Part shown: positions 9,055-18,133 of the stretch, one piece after another
How positions within the stretch are numbered: the first letter of the stretch is position 1
Layout: each line of letters starts with the position of its first letter
Virus record (IMG/VR): IMGVR_UViG_3300035703_000009
Span: 1 to 64,000 of that record
Strand: one strand, 5' to 3'
Length of the DNA stretch: 64,000 nt
DNA from: a virus
The notes under the pieces: model-generated
What the model was told of the DNA's origin: nothing
Database searches by the model: none
What the model saw: only the letters and a program-made list of their open reading frames with translations
Program-made: the position numbers and the translations under genes

Positions 9055-9326
9055 GACTATTAGAAAGCTTTATGGAGTTCATTCAATCTGCTGCAGTGCA
9101 CCAACAACCCGATGCATATTCATATTATGGCAGCAATCCACGTAGAGCAGGAAAACGACTGATTGATAACTTACGAGAATTTTCTCAATCGTCAAACTCG
9201 TCATCATCAAAATCGTCTAAGTCTCCAGTCGGAGCAGAAGGCACTGAACCTAGTGTAGGAAAGTCCCAATTGAGCAAGACGTCGTCTAACTCATCGCTGA
9301 CCATCGTCAAGACTTGTAAGTCTTGA
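9051..9326 (+). CDS. hypothetical protein (ATGA-coupled; C-terminal Ser-rich part may be an antisense artefact)
   Basis: Start overlaps the upstream stop (ATGA). Second half is low-complexity Ser-rich and overlaps minus ORF 9185..9442. Confidence 0.3.
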   Translation: MRLLESFMEFIQSAAVHQQPDAYSYYGSNPRRAGKRLIDNLREFSQSSNSSSSKSSKSPVGAEGTEPSVGKSQLSKTSSNSSLTIVKTCKS

Positions 9327-9442
9327 ATCGCATGCCCGCTACTCTTCGTTAAAACTCGAGTCTTAATGGCTTCAAGCTTTTTTAAGATCTCATTTTCAAT
9401 CTCTTTAAGCGCAATCTTGATTTCTGGTGATTCTTGTGACAT
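9185..9442 (-). CDS. hypothetical acidic-tail protein (alternative to 9051..9326)
   Basis: 85 aa with C-terminal DLDDFDDDEFDD tail. Convergently overlaps the plus ORF. Only one of the two is likely real. Confidence 0.3.
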   Translation of the reverse strand: MSQESPEIKIALKEIENEILKKLEAIKTRVLTKSSGHAIQDLQVLTMVSDELDDVLLNWDFPTLGSVPSAPTGDLDDFDDDEFDD

Positions 9443-9477
9443 GTTCTATAGTACTAGTAAAAGTTTTTCGAGTTTTA

Positions 9478-9491
9478 GATAAATAATCAAG
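9478..9491 (+). promoter_or_regulatory. late-promoter-like motif variant (GATAAATAATCAAG)
   Basis: Variant of the recurrent motif, 11 nt upstream of the ATG at 9503. Confidence 0.3.
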
Positions 9492-9502
9492 ACAAATAAC
9501 TT

Positions 9503-9895
9503 ATGAACATGCTTAAACTTAGAAGACTAGTAGAACAAGATGAACCGATGTCAGCAATGACTGCACCGGCTCAGCCTGACATGCAAATGCCAGCCATGCC
9601 AGCTGACTTACCTGCACAGCTACCTACTCCAGCTCAATCGACTGTACCTGTTGATCCGATGACAATGACTGTTAGGGACTTTTTAGATAAGTGCAAGTCA
9701 CTTGACCCTCTAGTTTGCATGGGCATAGAGTCATTCATAGAAAAAAATACTGAAGCTTTCGGCGCAGATCAAGCACAAAGTGAGCCAGACCTTACTTTCT
9801 CAAATGCAGTTCAACCTGCAGCACCTCAAGCACCAGCTCAAGTTGAACCATTTTCCCTAGATCAAGCACCGGACGCTCTTAACTTCCCGGGATAA
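9503..9895 (+). CDS. hypothetical Pro/Ala/Met/Gln-rich protein
   Basis: 130 aa. N-terminal low-complexity MPAMPADLPAQLP region. Confidence 0.45.
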   Translation: MNMLKLRRLVEQDEPMSAMTAPAQPDMQMPAMPADLPAQLPTPAQSTVPVDPMTMTVRDFLDKCKSLDPLVCMGIESFIEKNTEAFGADQAQSEPDLTFSNAVQPAAPQAPAQVEPFSLDQAPDALNFPG

Positions 9896-10179
9896 TGAGA
9901 GCAAAGAACTTCGATCAATACTTAAATGAAGTGCTAGGAGCAAATTCGATGGAAACCGACCCATTGGACTTAATCTTACGTCCAGACATTATTAGGCCCA
10001 ACCCAGTGACTTTGGGAGCTGGCTCAAGCTCGACAATACCTATGCATTGGAACAACTCACCATTTCTATCAGGAAGCAGGCTGACCAGTGCTTTTGGAAT
10101 AAATCCAAAGGCTCCGACTAGAAAGAAAGCATTACGCTTCCATGAGTTCATAGGAGCAGTTAAGAAGCTCACTAAATAA
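9895..10179 (+). CDS. hypothetical protein (94 aa)
   Basis: ORF coupled to the upstream gene by an ATGA overlap. Confidence 0.4.
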   Translation: MRAKNFDQYLNEVLGANSMETDPLDLILRPDIIRPNPVTLGAGSSSTIPMHWNNSPFLSGSRLTSAFGINPKAPTRKKALRFHEFIGAVKKLTK

Positions 10180-10190
10180 ATAATAAAAAG
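10175..10190 (+). promoter_or_regulatory. T4-late-like promoter motif AATAAATAATAAAAAG
   Basis: Exact copy of the recurrent 14-mer, 6 nt upstream of the ATG at 10197. Confidence 0.55.
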
Positions 10191-10196
10191 AAGACC

Positions 10197-10562
10197 ATGG
10201 CATACGTCTCAAACTTTAAGAAATTCATCAAAACAGAAGAAAAGAAAACGACTGAAACTGGTGCGAACCCATCAATAGAGGAACAGGTTACATCGACTGA
10301 ACCTACTACTGATACTCCAGACACGAATGCTGCTCAGACCGAGACTCCGGCTGCTCCGGCAAGCGTAGAAGCAGATCCTGCGGTTGCAGCAGCTCGTCAA
10401 TCAGTCGCTCAAGCTATCGCAAATCGTGATAAGACGGTAATGGCAAAACAGGCTGAACTAGATAAACTAAAGACTGATCAGAATAACTTGGTTAACACAG
10501 CTAACACTAACTTAAATAAAGCCCTGCAAGACGCAGCTAAAAAACAAACAACTCAAGCCTAA
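10197..10562 (+). CDS. hypothetical Thr/Ala-rich protein (possible virion/internal protein)
   Basis: 121 aa. Low-complexity TTETGANPS...TETPAAPA region. Preceded by the late-promoter motif. Confidence 0.5.
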   Translation: MAYVSNFKKFIKTEEKKTTETGANPSIEEQVTSTEPTTDTPDTNAAQTETPAAPASVEADPAVAAARQSVAQAIANRDKTVMAKQAELDKLKTDQNNLVNTANTNLNKALQDAAKKQTTQA

Positions 10563-11005
10563 TGGAACCCGTAAAGTCATACTCTGAGTTCGTCAACGAA
10601 GGCACCAAAGAAGTGGTGTACCCTACCAACTTTAAGGGCATGGTACAGAGCACACTAGCCAGCGTTTATACATCAGTGATGGCGATTGCCCAGGAACTAG
10701 CTAACGAAAAGGCAGCTCGTAATCCTTCGCGATATACCGGCACTATCGAGGAAGTTGACATCACCAGAGCGTTGAACATGATCTTTCACAGCGACTGGAA
10801 AAAGAAGCTAAAGCAGAAGGCCCTAGGCCAAATGATGTTAAAATCGGCGGAACGCGCCGGCAAGCAGGACGCAGTCGTCGCTAAGAAGAATCAACGTGCG
10901 ATGGGTAGAATGCTTGGAGACAAGAAATTTAACCTGGAAGTCGATAAACAGAGCGTTCGTTTTAGCGACGAACGTGGAGGTTTTGGACCCGGCTCAAACC
11001 AATAA
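10562..11005 (+). CDS. hypothetical protein (147 aa)
   Basis: ORF coupled to the upstream gene. Confidence 0.5.
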   Translation: MEPVKSYSEFVNEGTKEVVYPTNFKGMVQSTLASVYTSVMAIAQELANEKAARNPSRYTGTIEEVDITRALNMIFHSDWKKKLKQKALGQMMLKSAERAGKQDAVVAKKNQRAMGRMLGDKKFNLEVDKQSVRFSDERGGFGPGSNQ

Positions 11006-11011
11006 AGAGAA

Positions 11012-11746
11012 ATGACTGAACATGAACTCATACGCGACATAAACGACGAGATCACCTTCTCAGGCTCTCTACCTTACTCTTTGCCAGAAAGGGAGATCAA
11101 ACGTATCCTTACTAACGATTCTAGGTTCTTTTGGGACAATTGGAGACACGCAGTTGAGAGTAGATACTTACTCTTACCGACTGAGTTATTTGATACTCCA
11201 CAGTTCAAGAAGCATCGCCAGCTTCAACTACCAGATTGCGTGCAGTTCGTGGTAGACTTTAAAGAGGCCAAGGGTGGATCGATCTTCGCAACAATAGACC
11301 GCGACTTCTCAGAACAAAAATTTATTGGTTCCGAGATCTACTTGACCCCATTCATCGGCGAGAGCATCATGTATCGTACTGTGATCTTCTCATTTTTAGA
11401 CCTAACTAAGGGTCTAATGCTCGATACTATCGCATATGACTATAATAAGAATACCAAGATGCTTGGAGTATTAGGTAGGACTCCAAAGACTAATGCAGTA
11501 CTTAGGATCTATAAAAAGCTAGAACAGGAGAAGCTCTTTGAGGACGAACTCTTTCAGAGATATGTGCGTGCCCATGCAAAGGTAAGACTATCTCACATGC
11601 TACAGACATTTAACTATACCTTACCTGGAGACGTCACTGTGAACTATGCTAACATTGTCACCACTGCTGAAAAGGAGATGGAAGACGTTAAAGCTATGAT
11701 GAAAGGTGAGAATACGCCGGATTGGCTGTACCTTTATCATCAATAA
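11012..11746 (+). CDS. hypothetical protein (244 aa)
   Basis: Intact ORF in a same-strand cluster. Confidence 0.5.
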   Translation: MTEHELIRDINDEITFSGSLPYSLPEREIKRILTNDSRFFWDNWRHAVESRYLLLPTELFDTPQFKKHRQLQLPDCVQFVVDFKEAKGGSIFATIDRDFSEQKFIGSEIYLTPFIGESIMYRTVIFSFLDLTKGLMLDTIAYDYNKNTKMLGVLGRTPKTNAVLRIYKKLEQEKLFEDELFQRYVRAHAKVRLSHMLQTFNYTLPGDVTVNYANIVTTAEKEMEDVKAMMKGENTPDWLYLYHQ

Positions 11747-11755
11747 TCTATTAAA

Positions 11756-12133
11756 ATGCCACAAATTAGAGACTTTTACTTTAGAGACCAAACTGATCCT
11801 GCTTTTAGAGCTGACCAGCTAGAAGTATACGATAGCTTAGAAGAGACTCTACAGCAGGTGAAGATGACTCTGTTTACTCGTAAGGGCGAGGTGCTCGGCG
11901 AACCTAACTTTGGGATCGATGTTGAGAAGTATCTCTTTGAGTTTACAGTAGACCCTTTTTCCCTTTCTAAAGAAGCGACTGACCAGCTCAACACATATGT
12001 TGGTGAAGGTCGCTCTCGCAATATCACGACCCGCCCTGCAACCTATAAAGATTCCAGAGCTGGTCGTGAAATTTTCGTTCTTCTAATTGATATTCCTGAA
12101 TTGAAGAATCCTCTTTCTATTTTTTACGATTAA
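11756..12133 (+). CDS. hypothetical protein (125 aa)
   Basis: Intact ORF. Confidence 0.5.
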   Translation: MPQIRDFYFRDQTDPAFRADQLEVYDSLEETLQQVKMTLFTRKGEVLGEPNFGIDVEKYLFEFTVDPFSLSKEATDQLNTYVGEGRSRNITTRPATYKDSRAGREIFVLLIDIPELKNPLSIFYD

Positions 12134-12135
12134 AT

Positions 12136-13845
12136 TTATAGAGCGCCTGCGCCTTTAGTTTCTCCGCCTTCTATGGTCTCAGCTCCTGCGGCAGGCTGTT
12201 CTGCTGTTGCTGCTGGTGCAGCAGCTGATGCACCTCCTCCTGCTGGAGCAGCCGCTTCTGATGCTGCAGCTTTTTCTTCAGCTGCCTTGCTCGCATCGAT
12301 CCAGTGTTTGTTAGAATCAATTTCGTCAGCAGTTAACCTTAGTTCTTTTCTAATGAGGTATTCGGTTGAGAAATATGGTGTACCATCGTCCTTCATGATT
12401 CCTTTCTTCGCAGTAAACGAAGCGATTCTCTTGGATTCAAGCTCATTCTGCTTCATTTCTTCAAAGACGTTATCGTTATTGAAAGTTATTCCAAGACCAT
12501 TACCGAACTTATAATCAGTCGCAAGATCAGGAAAGTCTAGGCACATCTGCAGGTAAAAAGGTTTAGTAATTAGTTCGGCAAAGACCGTACGCAGACGTCG
12601 AACGAATTTCTGATAACGAATCTCCTCACGAGTGATGCCCTCAGCGTTTAGCGTGAAGGCCCCCATACCGCTCTGTCCTTCCCAACGTGAGTAAGGAATC
12701 TTGGAGTCCATCTTCAGTTTCTTATAGAAGTAGTTTAGCAATTCAGAACCAGATAAGTTTGGGCCAGGCCATTGTAGAGGTTCGATCTTTACTTGTTGGT
12801 TCTGGTCATTGACTGGTAGCACATAGTTCTTATAGAACATCACGTTCGGCTTGCCCTCAACGCTCAGCTCACCAGTGTCACCGTTAAAGTAGATGTCCTC
12901 CTTAAGCAAGTTCATGAACTCTCTAACGTCTTCCTGACTCTTCTGTAAGCTCTTAGAACCAATCGGCACAGTAGTCGTCAGACGAATCGGTGCGTTCATC
13001 ACGTGCCAAATTACTTTGCTGTGTTCGATGATGCGTAATAAGTTAAAAGACCTGATCAAGCGCTCGGTGAAAGAGACGCGTTTGGTCCTAAAGTGGTTTG
13101 AGTAGGAAAGGTAGATGATTTGTGAGTCGTTTAGCACTCTAGTCGAACCGTTTGACTGGTCGTACTGTACCCATTGCAAGAATAACTTGCCCTTAGCATC
13201 CTTTTGTAACTGAGGAGCTAGACTCACAGGATCAAGCTCTTTAAAGCCGATGATCTCGGTAGGTTTCTGTAGGTTGTCATACAGAATCTCAAAGGCCAGG
13301 TGACCCTCAACCAGGAACTGGAAGGCGTACTGCCATGCCGTGATAGCTGTGTCAAACCCCCAAGCTGTATAGATCTTCTCAAAGTTCTCGTTGTACTTGG
13401 TGACAACCTTTTCTTGATAGTTTAGACGCTCGTCCTTAGTATTACCTTGATAGATCATCTTACCGGTAAGGTCTCGGCTGTAACAAAACCTGTTCTCCTC
13501 GTCATAGACGATCATGTCGTCGACGATGGTTTCGAGAATGAATTCAATCTCGCCATTGGCCGCAACGTCACGTAGTCGTTCACGCTTGACAGCATAGTCC
13601 AATTGGAAAAAGGCGATCGCTTTGGTCCTCAGCTGGGAGGTAGTATCGGCGATTGCCATCGAAAACTTGAGCAGGTCTGAGCTGTCTGCGCTAAGCTTGT
13701 TTGAGCGAGCTGCGATCTGGCTCTCGATGAAGCCGATCGCCTGTGAGTTTTTTAGGAGAAGGTCCTCGTATCGAGTGCCGAACTTACTAAGTCCTTCAAG
13801 CGCTCCTCCTGCTCTGTTTTTACGTACGTCTAAGAATCCTGCCAT
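12136..13845 (-). CDS. gp20: portal vertex protein (T4 gp20-like)
   Basis: 569 aa. The EEIRYQKFVRRLRTVFAELITKPF segment resembles T4 gp20 [22 protein letters not shown]. Ala-rich C-terminal tail. Lies adjacent to a gp4-like gene. Confidence 0.5.
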   Translation of the reverse strand: MAGFLDVRKNRAGGALEGLSKFGTRYEDLLLKNSQAIGFIESQIAARSNKLSADSSDLLKFSMAIADTTSQLRTKAIAFFQLDYAVKRERLRDVAANGEIEFILETIVDDMIVYDEENRFCYSRDLTGKMIYQGNTKDERLNYQEKVVTKYNENFEKIYTAWGFDTAITAWQYAFQFLVEGHLAFEILYDNLQKPTEIIGFKELDPVSLAPQLQKDAKGKLFLQWVQYDQSNGSTRVLNDSQIIYLSYSNHFRTKRVSFTERLIRSFNLLRIIEHSKVIWHVMNAPIRLTTTVPIGSKSLQKSQEDVREFMNLLKEDIYFNGDTGELSVEGKPNVMFYKNYVLPVNDQNQQVKIEPLQWPGPNLSGSELLNYFYKKLKMDSKIPYSRWEGQSGMGAFTLNAEGITREEIRYQKFVRRLRTVFAELITKPFYLQMCLDFPDLATDYKFGNGLGITFNNDNVFEEMKQNELESKRIASFTAKKGIMKDDGTPYFSTEYLIRKELRLTADEIDSNKHWIDASKAAEEKAAASEAAAPAGGGASAAAPAATAEQPAAGAETIEGGETKGAGAL

Positions 13846-13848
13846 GTA

Positions 13849-14469
13849 TTAAAGTGTTGATTTTTCTATGAATTCCTCAAAGACTAGCTCCATGTTTAGC
13901 ATTTCTGGAAAGAGCCCAAGTGGTGAGAACTTTGGTCGAACTAGGAGCCCAAATTGATCGAAATCAATGAGCCGAGCTTCGACTACGTCCTCTATTTTAT
14001 ATTTATTTATAGCATAGTCGAGGTTTGTTGCTCCAATCGACTGTGCAAGTAAGCTGGGTGGAAAGAGATAGAACCTCTTGTCAAGGAGACGACGTTGTTC
14101 GATCGGAAGTAAATTACCGTCTTCGAAAAGAGTAGGCAGGCCATTTCGTGAAGCTAACTCATAGTATGCCTCAAGTAGTTTAGATGCGATTTTTGCCGGA
14201 ATCACCTTCAAGTTTAGCATCAACATCGTCTGTTGCCAGTTATCATGATAGAGTAGCAGACCAGTCGGCATCATGTCATAGTATCGCCGACCTCTGGTGA
14301 GAGTCGGTACTGTCTGTTCAGTAAGGGCGACTGCTGGGCTGATCATAGTAAGCGAATAGAATCTTCCAGGAATGATCTGCAGCTTTGGCTGCGGAATTCC
14401 GACCTCCTGGCCTACTGCTGTCAGGGAAAGGCGTCCGTCGTTCTTTTTTATTTGGCTAAAGGTCTTCAC
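13849..14469 (-). CDS. hypothetical protein (206 aa) between gp4-like and portal genes
   Basis: Intact ORF. Family not recognised. Confidence 0.45.
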   Translation of the reverse strand: MKTFSQIKKNDGRLSLTAVGQEVGIPQPKLQIIPGRFYSLTMISPAVALTEQTVPTLTRGRRYYDMMPTGLLLYHDNWQQTMLMLNLKVIPAKIASKLLEAYYELASRNGLPTLFEDGNLLPIEQRRLLDKRFYLFPPSLLAQSIGATNLDYAINKYKIEDVVEARLIDFDQFGLLVRPKFSPLGLFPEMLNMELVFEEFIEKSTL

Positions 14470-14481
14470 TAATTATTTCTT

Positions 14482-14982
14482 TTACATGTTATTGAACAGA
14501 AAGTTTTCGGTGATGATACCAAACTTCATGTTTTGACTCAACGCATACGCTTGAGCGGCCTTAAACTTTGCAGTATTGATGATATACATCTTCGCATGAC
14601 GCGCATAGTTTAATGTCTGTTTTTCAGTGAGCCGAGTAGGAGGCTCAGGTGGAGTCAAGTACTTGTTGGGTTTGATCTCGATAAGCCACTTCGTCACAGA
14701 ATCATCCTGGTTCCTCGTGCACATATAACAGTCGATCCAATATGTACTCTCCTTTTTGAGAATCGGATTAAAGTAAGGGATCCCGTGAGGTTCTGAGGCA
14801 TACTCAAGGACTCGGATATGATTGTCACAGTACTCTAAGAACTTAAATTCCCAGCTAGAACGATAGATGATCTTAGTAAGGTCTCCCTTGTACTTTTCTG
14901 GGTTCTTGGGAGTAAAATAACCCTGACGAACTCTGCCGTTTTGCGGCTTGAGAAAATCATGGATGTCCTTTTTAGCTTTCAT
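14482..14982 (-). CDS. gp4: head completion protein (T4 gp4-like, PD-(D/E)xK fold)
   Basis: GYFTPKNPEKYKGDLTKIIYRSSWEFKF and WLIEIKP motifs match the gp4 family as recalled for T4 and cyanophages. Confidence 0.55.
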   Translation of the reverse strand: MKAKKDIHDFLKPQNGRVRQGYFTPKNPEKYKGDLTKIIYRSSWEFKFLEYCDNHIRVLEYASEPHGIPYFNPILKKESTYWIDCYMCTRNQDDSVTKWLIEIKPNKYLTPPEPPTRLTEKQTLNYARHAKMYIINTAKFKAAQAYALSQNMKFGIITENFLFNNM

Positions 14983-15000
14983 ATAGGATTATTTATCCAA

Positions 15001-15030
15001 AAATAAAAATGGAGCCGACTTGGGCTCCAT
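15001..15030 (-). terminator. rho-independent terminator (minus strand) downstream of 15052..15363
   Basis: Hairpin atggagcc-gacttg-ggctccat, followed on the minus strand by a T-run (an A-run at 15001-15009 on plus). Confidence 0.55.
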
Positions 15031-15051
15031 TCAGTTATCTGTGAGTTAGGC

Positions 15052-15363
15052 TTAACCTACGTTGTCTGCGATGAATTGGTCTGCGTCCTCTGGGCCGATT
15101 TTGCCCTGCTCAACGAGCTTTAGGATTAGTGAGGCAATCGCCAGCTTTTCAGGCACTGCGTCCTCGTCGATCTCTACTTCATTACGTTCGAAAGCGGCGA
15201 CTAGGTCCTCGTGAGCTTCCTTTGCGGCAGCCTCAACTTCTTCTTCAGAACCAACTAGCTCAACCAGTTCGTCCAGCATTTGAGTGTCTAGGTCGAGCGC
15301 ATTTTCCTCATCCGGATTGGCACCAACCACATAATTTTCATCGAGTCTAAGTAACTTAACCAT
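15052..15363 (-). CDS. acidic hypothetical protein (103 aa), late-expressed
   Basis: Asp/Glu-rich. Late-promoter motif lies 9 nt upstream on the minus strand. Confidence 0.5.
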   Translation of the reverse strand: MVKLLRLDENYVVGANPDEENALDLDTQMLDELVELVGSEEEVEAAAKEAHEDLVAAFERNEVEIDEDAVPEKLAIASLILKLVEQGKIGPEDADQFIADNVG

Positions 15364-15371
15364 GGTGGTAT

Positions 15372-15387
15372 GTTTTTATTATTTATC
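15372..15387 (-). promoter_or_regulatory. T4-late-like promoter motif (reverse-complement GATAAATAATAAAAAC)
   Basis: Exact 14-mer in minus orientation, immediately upstream of the start at 15363. Confidence 0.55.
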
Positions 15388-15395
15388 AACCCAAC

Positions 15396-16565
15396 TTACG
15401 CTAAAATGAGATCAAATGCCGAGTCTGAAAAGTATTGAGCGAGCATGGAATTAAAGCTCACAAAGGTTAAAGAAGAATCTCGAATCGAGAGGAAGAGGTA
15501 AAGGTCATTGATGTCTTTCACATCAAGCAAGAGTCGAGCCGATTGGGGATATTTCTTCTTTAGGTCGCTTATCAGCTTGGTCCACAAGAAGACTTGATAT
15601 CCCTGCTTCAGAAGCTCAATCGATTGCTGCTTACCGGCCTTGTCGTTGTCGAAGAGAATACGAGAGTTCTTTTTGGTGACCAAGTTACCGAGTAAGGCCT
15701 TGCTCTTTGTCACGCCGGTGGTGGCGATCGAGTTGTCAAGGAACATCGAATCGATCTGGCCCTCAGTAATAATTATGGGACGCGAGAAGTCAACGTTCAG
15801 CACGTTGAAGTAGTTATTTAACGAGTCGATTTCTTGAATCAGGCTGTCCTCCAGGTCCCTCACGAGGCCGTTCTTTTTGAGTTCAGAATAGTTCTTGATG
15901 TTGTACTTTGGTCCGGGCATGGAATCATCGAGCTTACGTAGGGCAAAGCCCAGCATTCGGCCCGACTTGAGGTCTAGGTTGAATAAGTACACCTTGTCCT
16001 GTCGAGAGTCATAATAACAACTCGACTCAAACACAGGTAGACTGTCAATCTTACGCTTTTTGACGAATCGGCCGACTGGGCTCTCAGGATCGGCCTCACT
16101 GCAAGGTAACAGAGAAAACCTCTCGACTAGGTCATCAAACATTAGCAGTTTCTGACCGATCTCACGATTGATGAGAAGCTCTATTAAAAAGCCTCTCTTC
16201 TTTAGCGTGGTCTCAGGCTTGAACTCTACTCGCTTCTTCTCTAACCCAGGTAGGGTCAAGTTATACTTGGTTGAAAAGTGGGAGATGAACTTTGCAAGCG
16301 GCACCCACACCATGCAACCGTCGTTGTAACACTTATAGGTATGGGTTTTGAGGTAGAGGTTACCTCGTTTCTTGTGTGAATCGGATGCGGAGTCGCCACA
16401 GTAAGGGCAGGCAATGTTTATCTTGTCTCCGTCTGACTCATATATCTCTTGCTTAGTCAACTCGTTTGGAAACCTTCGCTTCAGTACTGCCTTACAGAAC
16501 TGTTGCAGAGAGTAGTCGGTCTTCAGGTCCAGTTGGTTATTCATCGTCAGTGTCATCTTCTCCAT
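15396..16565 (-). CDS. gp61: DNA primase (T4 gp61 / DnaG-like: zinc-binding domain + TOPRIM)
   Basis: CPYCGDSASDSHKKRGNLYL...KCYNDGC zinc finger. ITEGQIDSMFL and LFDNDKAGK match TOPRIM E and DxD motifs. Confidence 0.6.
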   Translation of the reverse strand: MEKMTLTMNNQLDLKTDYSLQQFCKAVLKRRFPNELTKQEIYESDGDKINIACPYCGDSASDSHKKRGNLYLKTHTYKCYNDGCMVWVPLAKFISHFSTKYNLTLPGLEKKRVEFKPETTLKKRGFLIELLINREIGQKLLMFDDLVERFSLLPCSEADPESPVGRFVKKRKIDSLPVFESSCYYDSRQDKVYLFNLDLKSGRMLGFALRKLDDSMPGPKYNIKNYSELKKNGLVRDLEDSLIQEIDSLNNYFNVLNVDFSRPIIITEGQIDSMFLDNSIATTGVTKSKALLGNLVTKKNSRILFDNDKAGKQQSIELLKQGYQVFLWTKLISDLKKKYPQSARLLLDVKDINDLYLFLSIRDSSLTFVSFNSMLAQYFSDSAFDLILA

Positions 16566-17973
16566 TTTCAGCCTCGACTAGTGCGGCTTGTTTCTTCTTA
16601 GTGAGTCGTTTAATGTATTTGTCCAGCTCAAACTTCGGCACGATCACCGAGTTTAGGCCGTACTTTGTGATGGTCGCAAGGTACTCTGGAAAGTCATCCT
16701 CTGAGACTTGAGTTTCAGGATTACCGATTATCTTCCAGAACTTTTGTGGAGTCTCAATGTATTCTAGAGAGTCTTGGTTGACCACATAAAGCGGATAGAT
16801 CTGATCATCCGTGAGATCTTTTTTAGACTTAACAGTCACAACTTCGACTGCTCTTTTTAGATGCGTGTCGATTGAGCTCATCTTCATCGCGACGAGGAGT
16901 CGATTGATGGGTTCGACGATTAAGGTAAAGAATTGTTGGTCACGATCCATAGGCGGAGCGAGCTCAGTAGGATAATTTTCAGGAGCATAGGCAAATACAT
17001 CAAAGTTGTGCTCGTTTGGAGCGCAATAGTAGAACTTGATCTTGTCCTTTTCGCGAATGAGCGAGTACTTTTGGTTGAGTCCGCTCTTAAGCAGAAGATA
17101 GTTATAGTAAGCCGATGCTCGAGGATAGATTGAGATACCCTTCTTAAGGTTTAGGGTCGTAATGTCCTCGACATACTTGTTATAGACTCGCACGTTAAAG
17201 TTAAAGGCTAATTCAGTAGGGTGGAGTTCCATGAACTCTTCCTTAAGAGCTTGTAGCTTGGGAATGAGGTCACGCTCAATATTCAGCTTCTTACCGATCT
17301 CGAGGATGTATTCATCTAGCTTGATCAGGTTCTTACGAGCCCAGTCAGGATAGGAACCTTTGATCGGTTCTAAGCCCTTGATGACTAGGTAACGTTTTTC
17401 TTTAGGCATCAGTGCCAAGTTAGGATTCGGATCGTAAGCTACCTTGATCGCATAGTTCTTTTTCTTGAGCCAGATGCCATACTCAGACAGGTTCTCAAGC
17501 TTGAACTTGAGACGGTTCTTCGTGTTGAAGATCTTTCCGTACTTTTCAAAGCACTGGTCAAAGTATTTCGATAGTCTGTGATGGTCGATGGCGACACAAA
17601 TCGCTAGGGCTTCTTCACGAGTGAATGAAGCGCCTTCTATCGAATCGATAGCTGATTCAAACTGCACGTAAATGGAGTCAGTATCAGTGTAGATTGCAGC
17701 TTCACGCTCGATCTTATTGATCTTGTATCCGTCGATTTTCAATATCTGGTGAAGCTCAGTATCAAGGTGCCACTTTTCTTGAAAGTAGTAGTTCACTGCC
17801 TTGATGGAAAACTTGATCAAGTCTTGGCCCTGTAAAGTTATAGATTGGGCGATGTCTGGGTTGTAAAAATAGAACCACTTGTTACCAAAGGCTCCATAGA
17901 TTGAGTTAATTAAGATCTTGACTGCGTTTTGCTTAAGGTCTAACTTTTTGATCTGCTTTGTTATGTCTTCCAT
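16537..17973 (-). CDS. gp43: family-B DNA polymerase, C-terminal fragment (T4 gp43-like, from motif B onward)
   Basis: KILINSIYGAFGN (motif B, KxxxNSxYG) near the N-terminus and YTDTDSIYV (motif C). No motif A or exonuclease domain. No upstream ORF continues the frame. Confidence 0.8.
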   Translation of the reverse strand: MEDITKQIKKLDLKQNAVKILINSIYGAFGNKWFYFYNPDIAQSITLQGQDLIKFSIKAVNYYFQEKWHLDTELHQILKIDGYKINKIEREAAIYTDTDSIYVQFESAIDSIEGASFTREEALAICVAIDHHRLSKYFDQCFEKYGKIFNTKNRLKFKLENLSEYGIWLKKKNYAIKVAYDPNPNLALMPKEKRYLVIKGLEPIKGSYPDWARKNLIKLDEYILEIGKKLNIERDLIPKLQALKEEFMELHPTELAFNFNVRVYNKYVEDITTLNLKKGISIYPRASAYYNYLLLKSGLNQKYSLIREKDKIKFYYCAPNEHNFDVFAYAPENYPTELAPPMDRDQQFFTLIVEPINRLLVAMKMSSIDTHLKRAVEVVTVKSKKDLTDDQIYPLYVVNQDSLEYIETPQKFWKIIGNPETQVSEDDFPEYLATITKYGLNSVIVPKFELDKYIKRLTKKKQAALVEAENGEDDTDDE

Positions 17974-18109
17974 ACATGGGTATTGTACTTGCTGTTTCCA
18001 TGTAAGTTTATGAAAGCGCTAAGTAAAAAAATTTTTAATTGTTTTGAGCAAGTTCGGCCCATCTGAATAAGATTACTAAATTATAGTGGTGAATTAAAAT
18101 TGACCTTCA

Positions 18110-18125
18110 ATAAATAATAAAAAGC
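18110..18125 (+). promoter_or_regulatory. T4-late-like promoter motif AATAAATAATAAAAAG
   Basis: Exact 14-mer, 8 nt upstream of the ATG at 18134. Confidence 0.55.
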
Positions 18126-18133
18126 CACTCGGC

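Noticed and set aside
9915-10172. Minus-strand 85-aa ORF overlapping 9895..10179
   Set aside because: Fully contained in and antisense to a plus-strand gene within a same-strand coupled series. No start context.
12173-12514. Plus-strand Ala-rich ORF antisense to the portal gene C-terminus
   Set aside because: An antisense artefact of the portal protein's Ala/Glu-rich tail.
15129-15350. Plus-strand Arg/Pro-rich ORF antisense to acidic gene 15052..15363
   Set aside because: A mirror-image artefact of the Asp/Glu-rich sense gene, which has a late promoter and a terminator.
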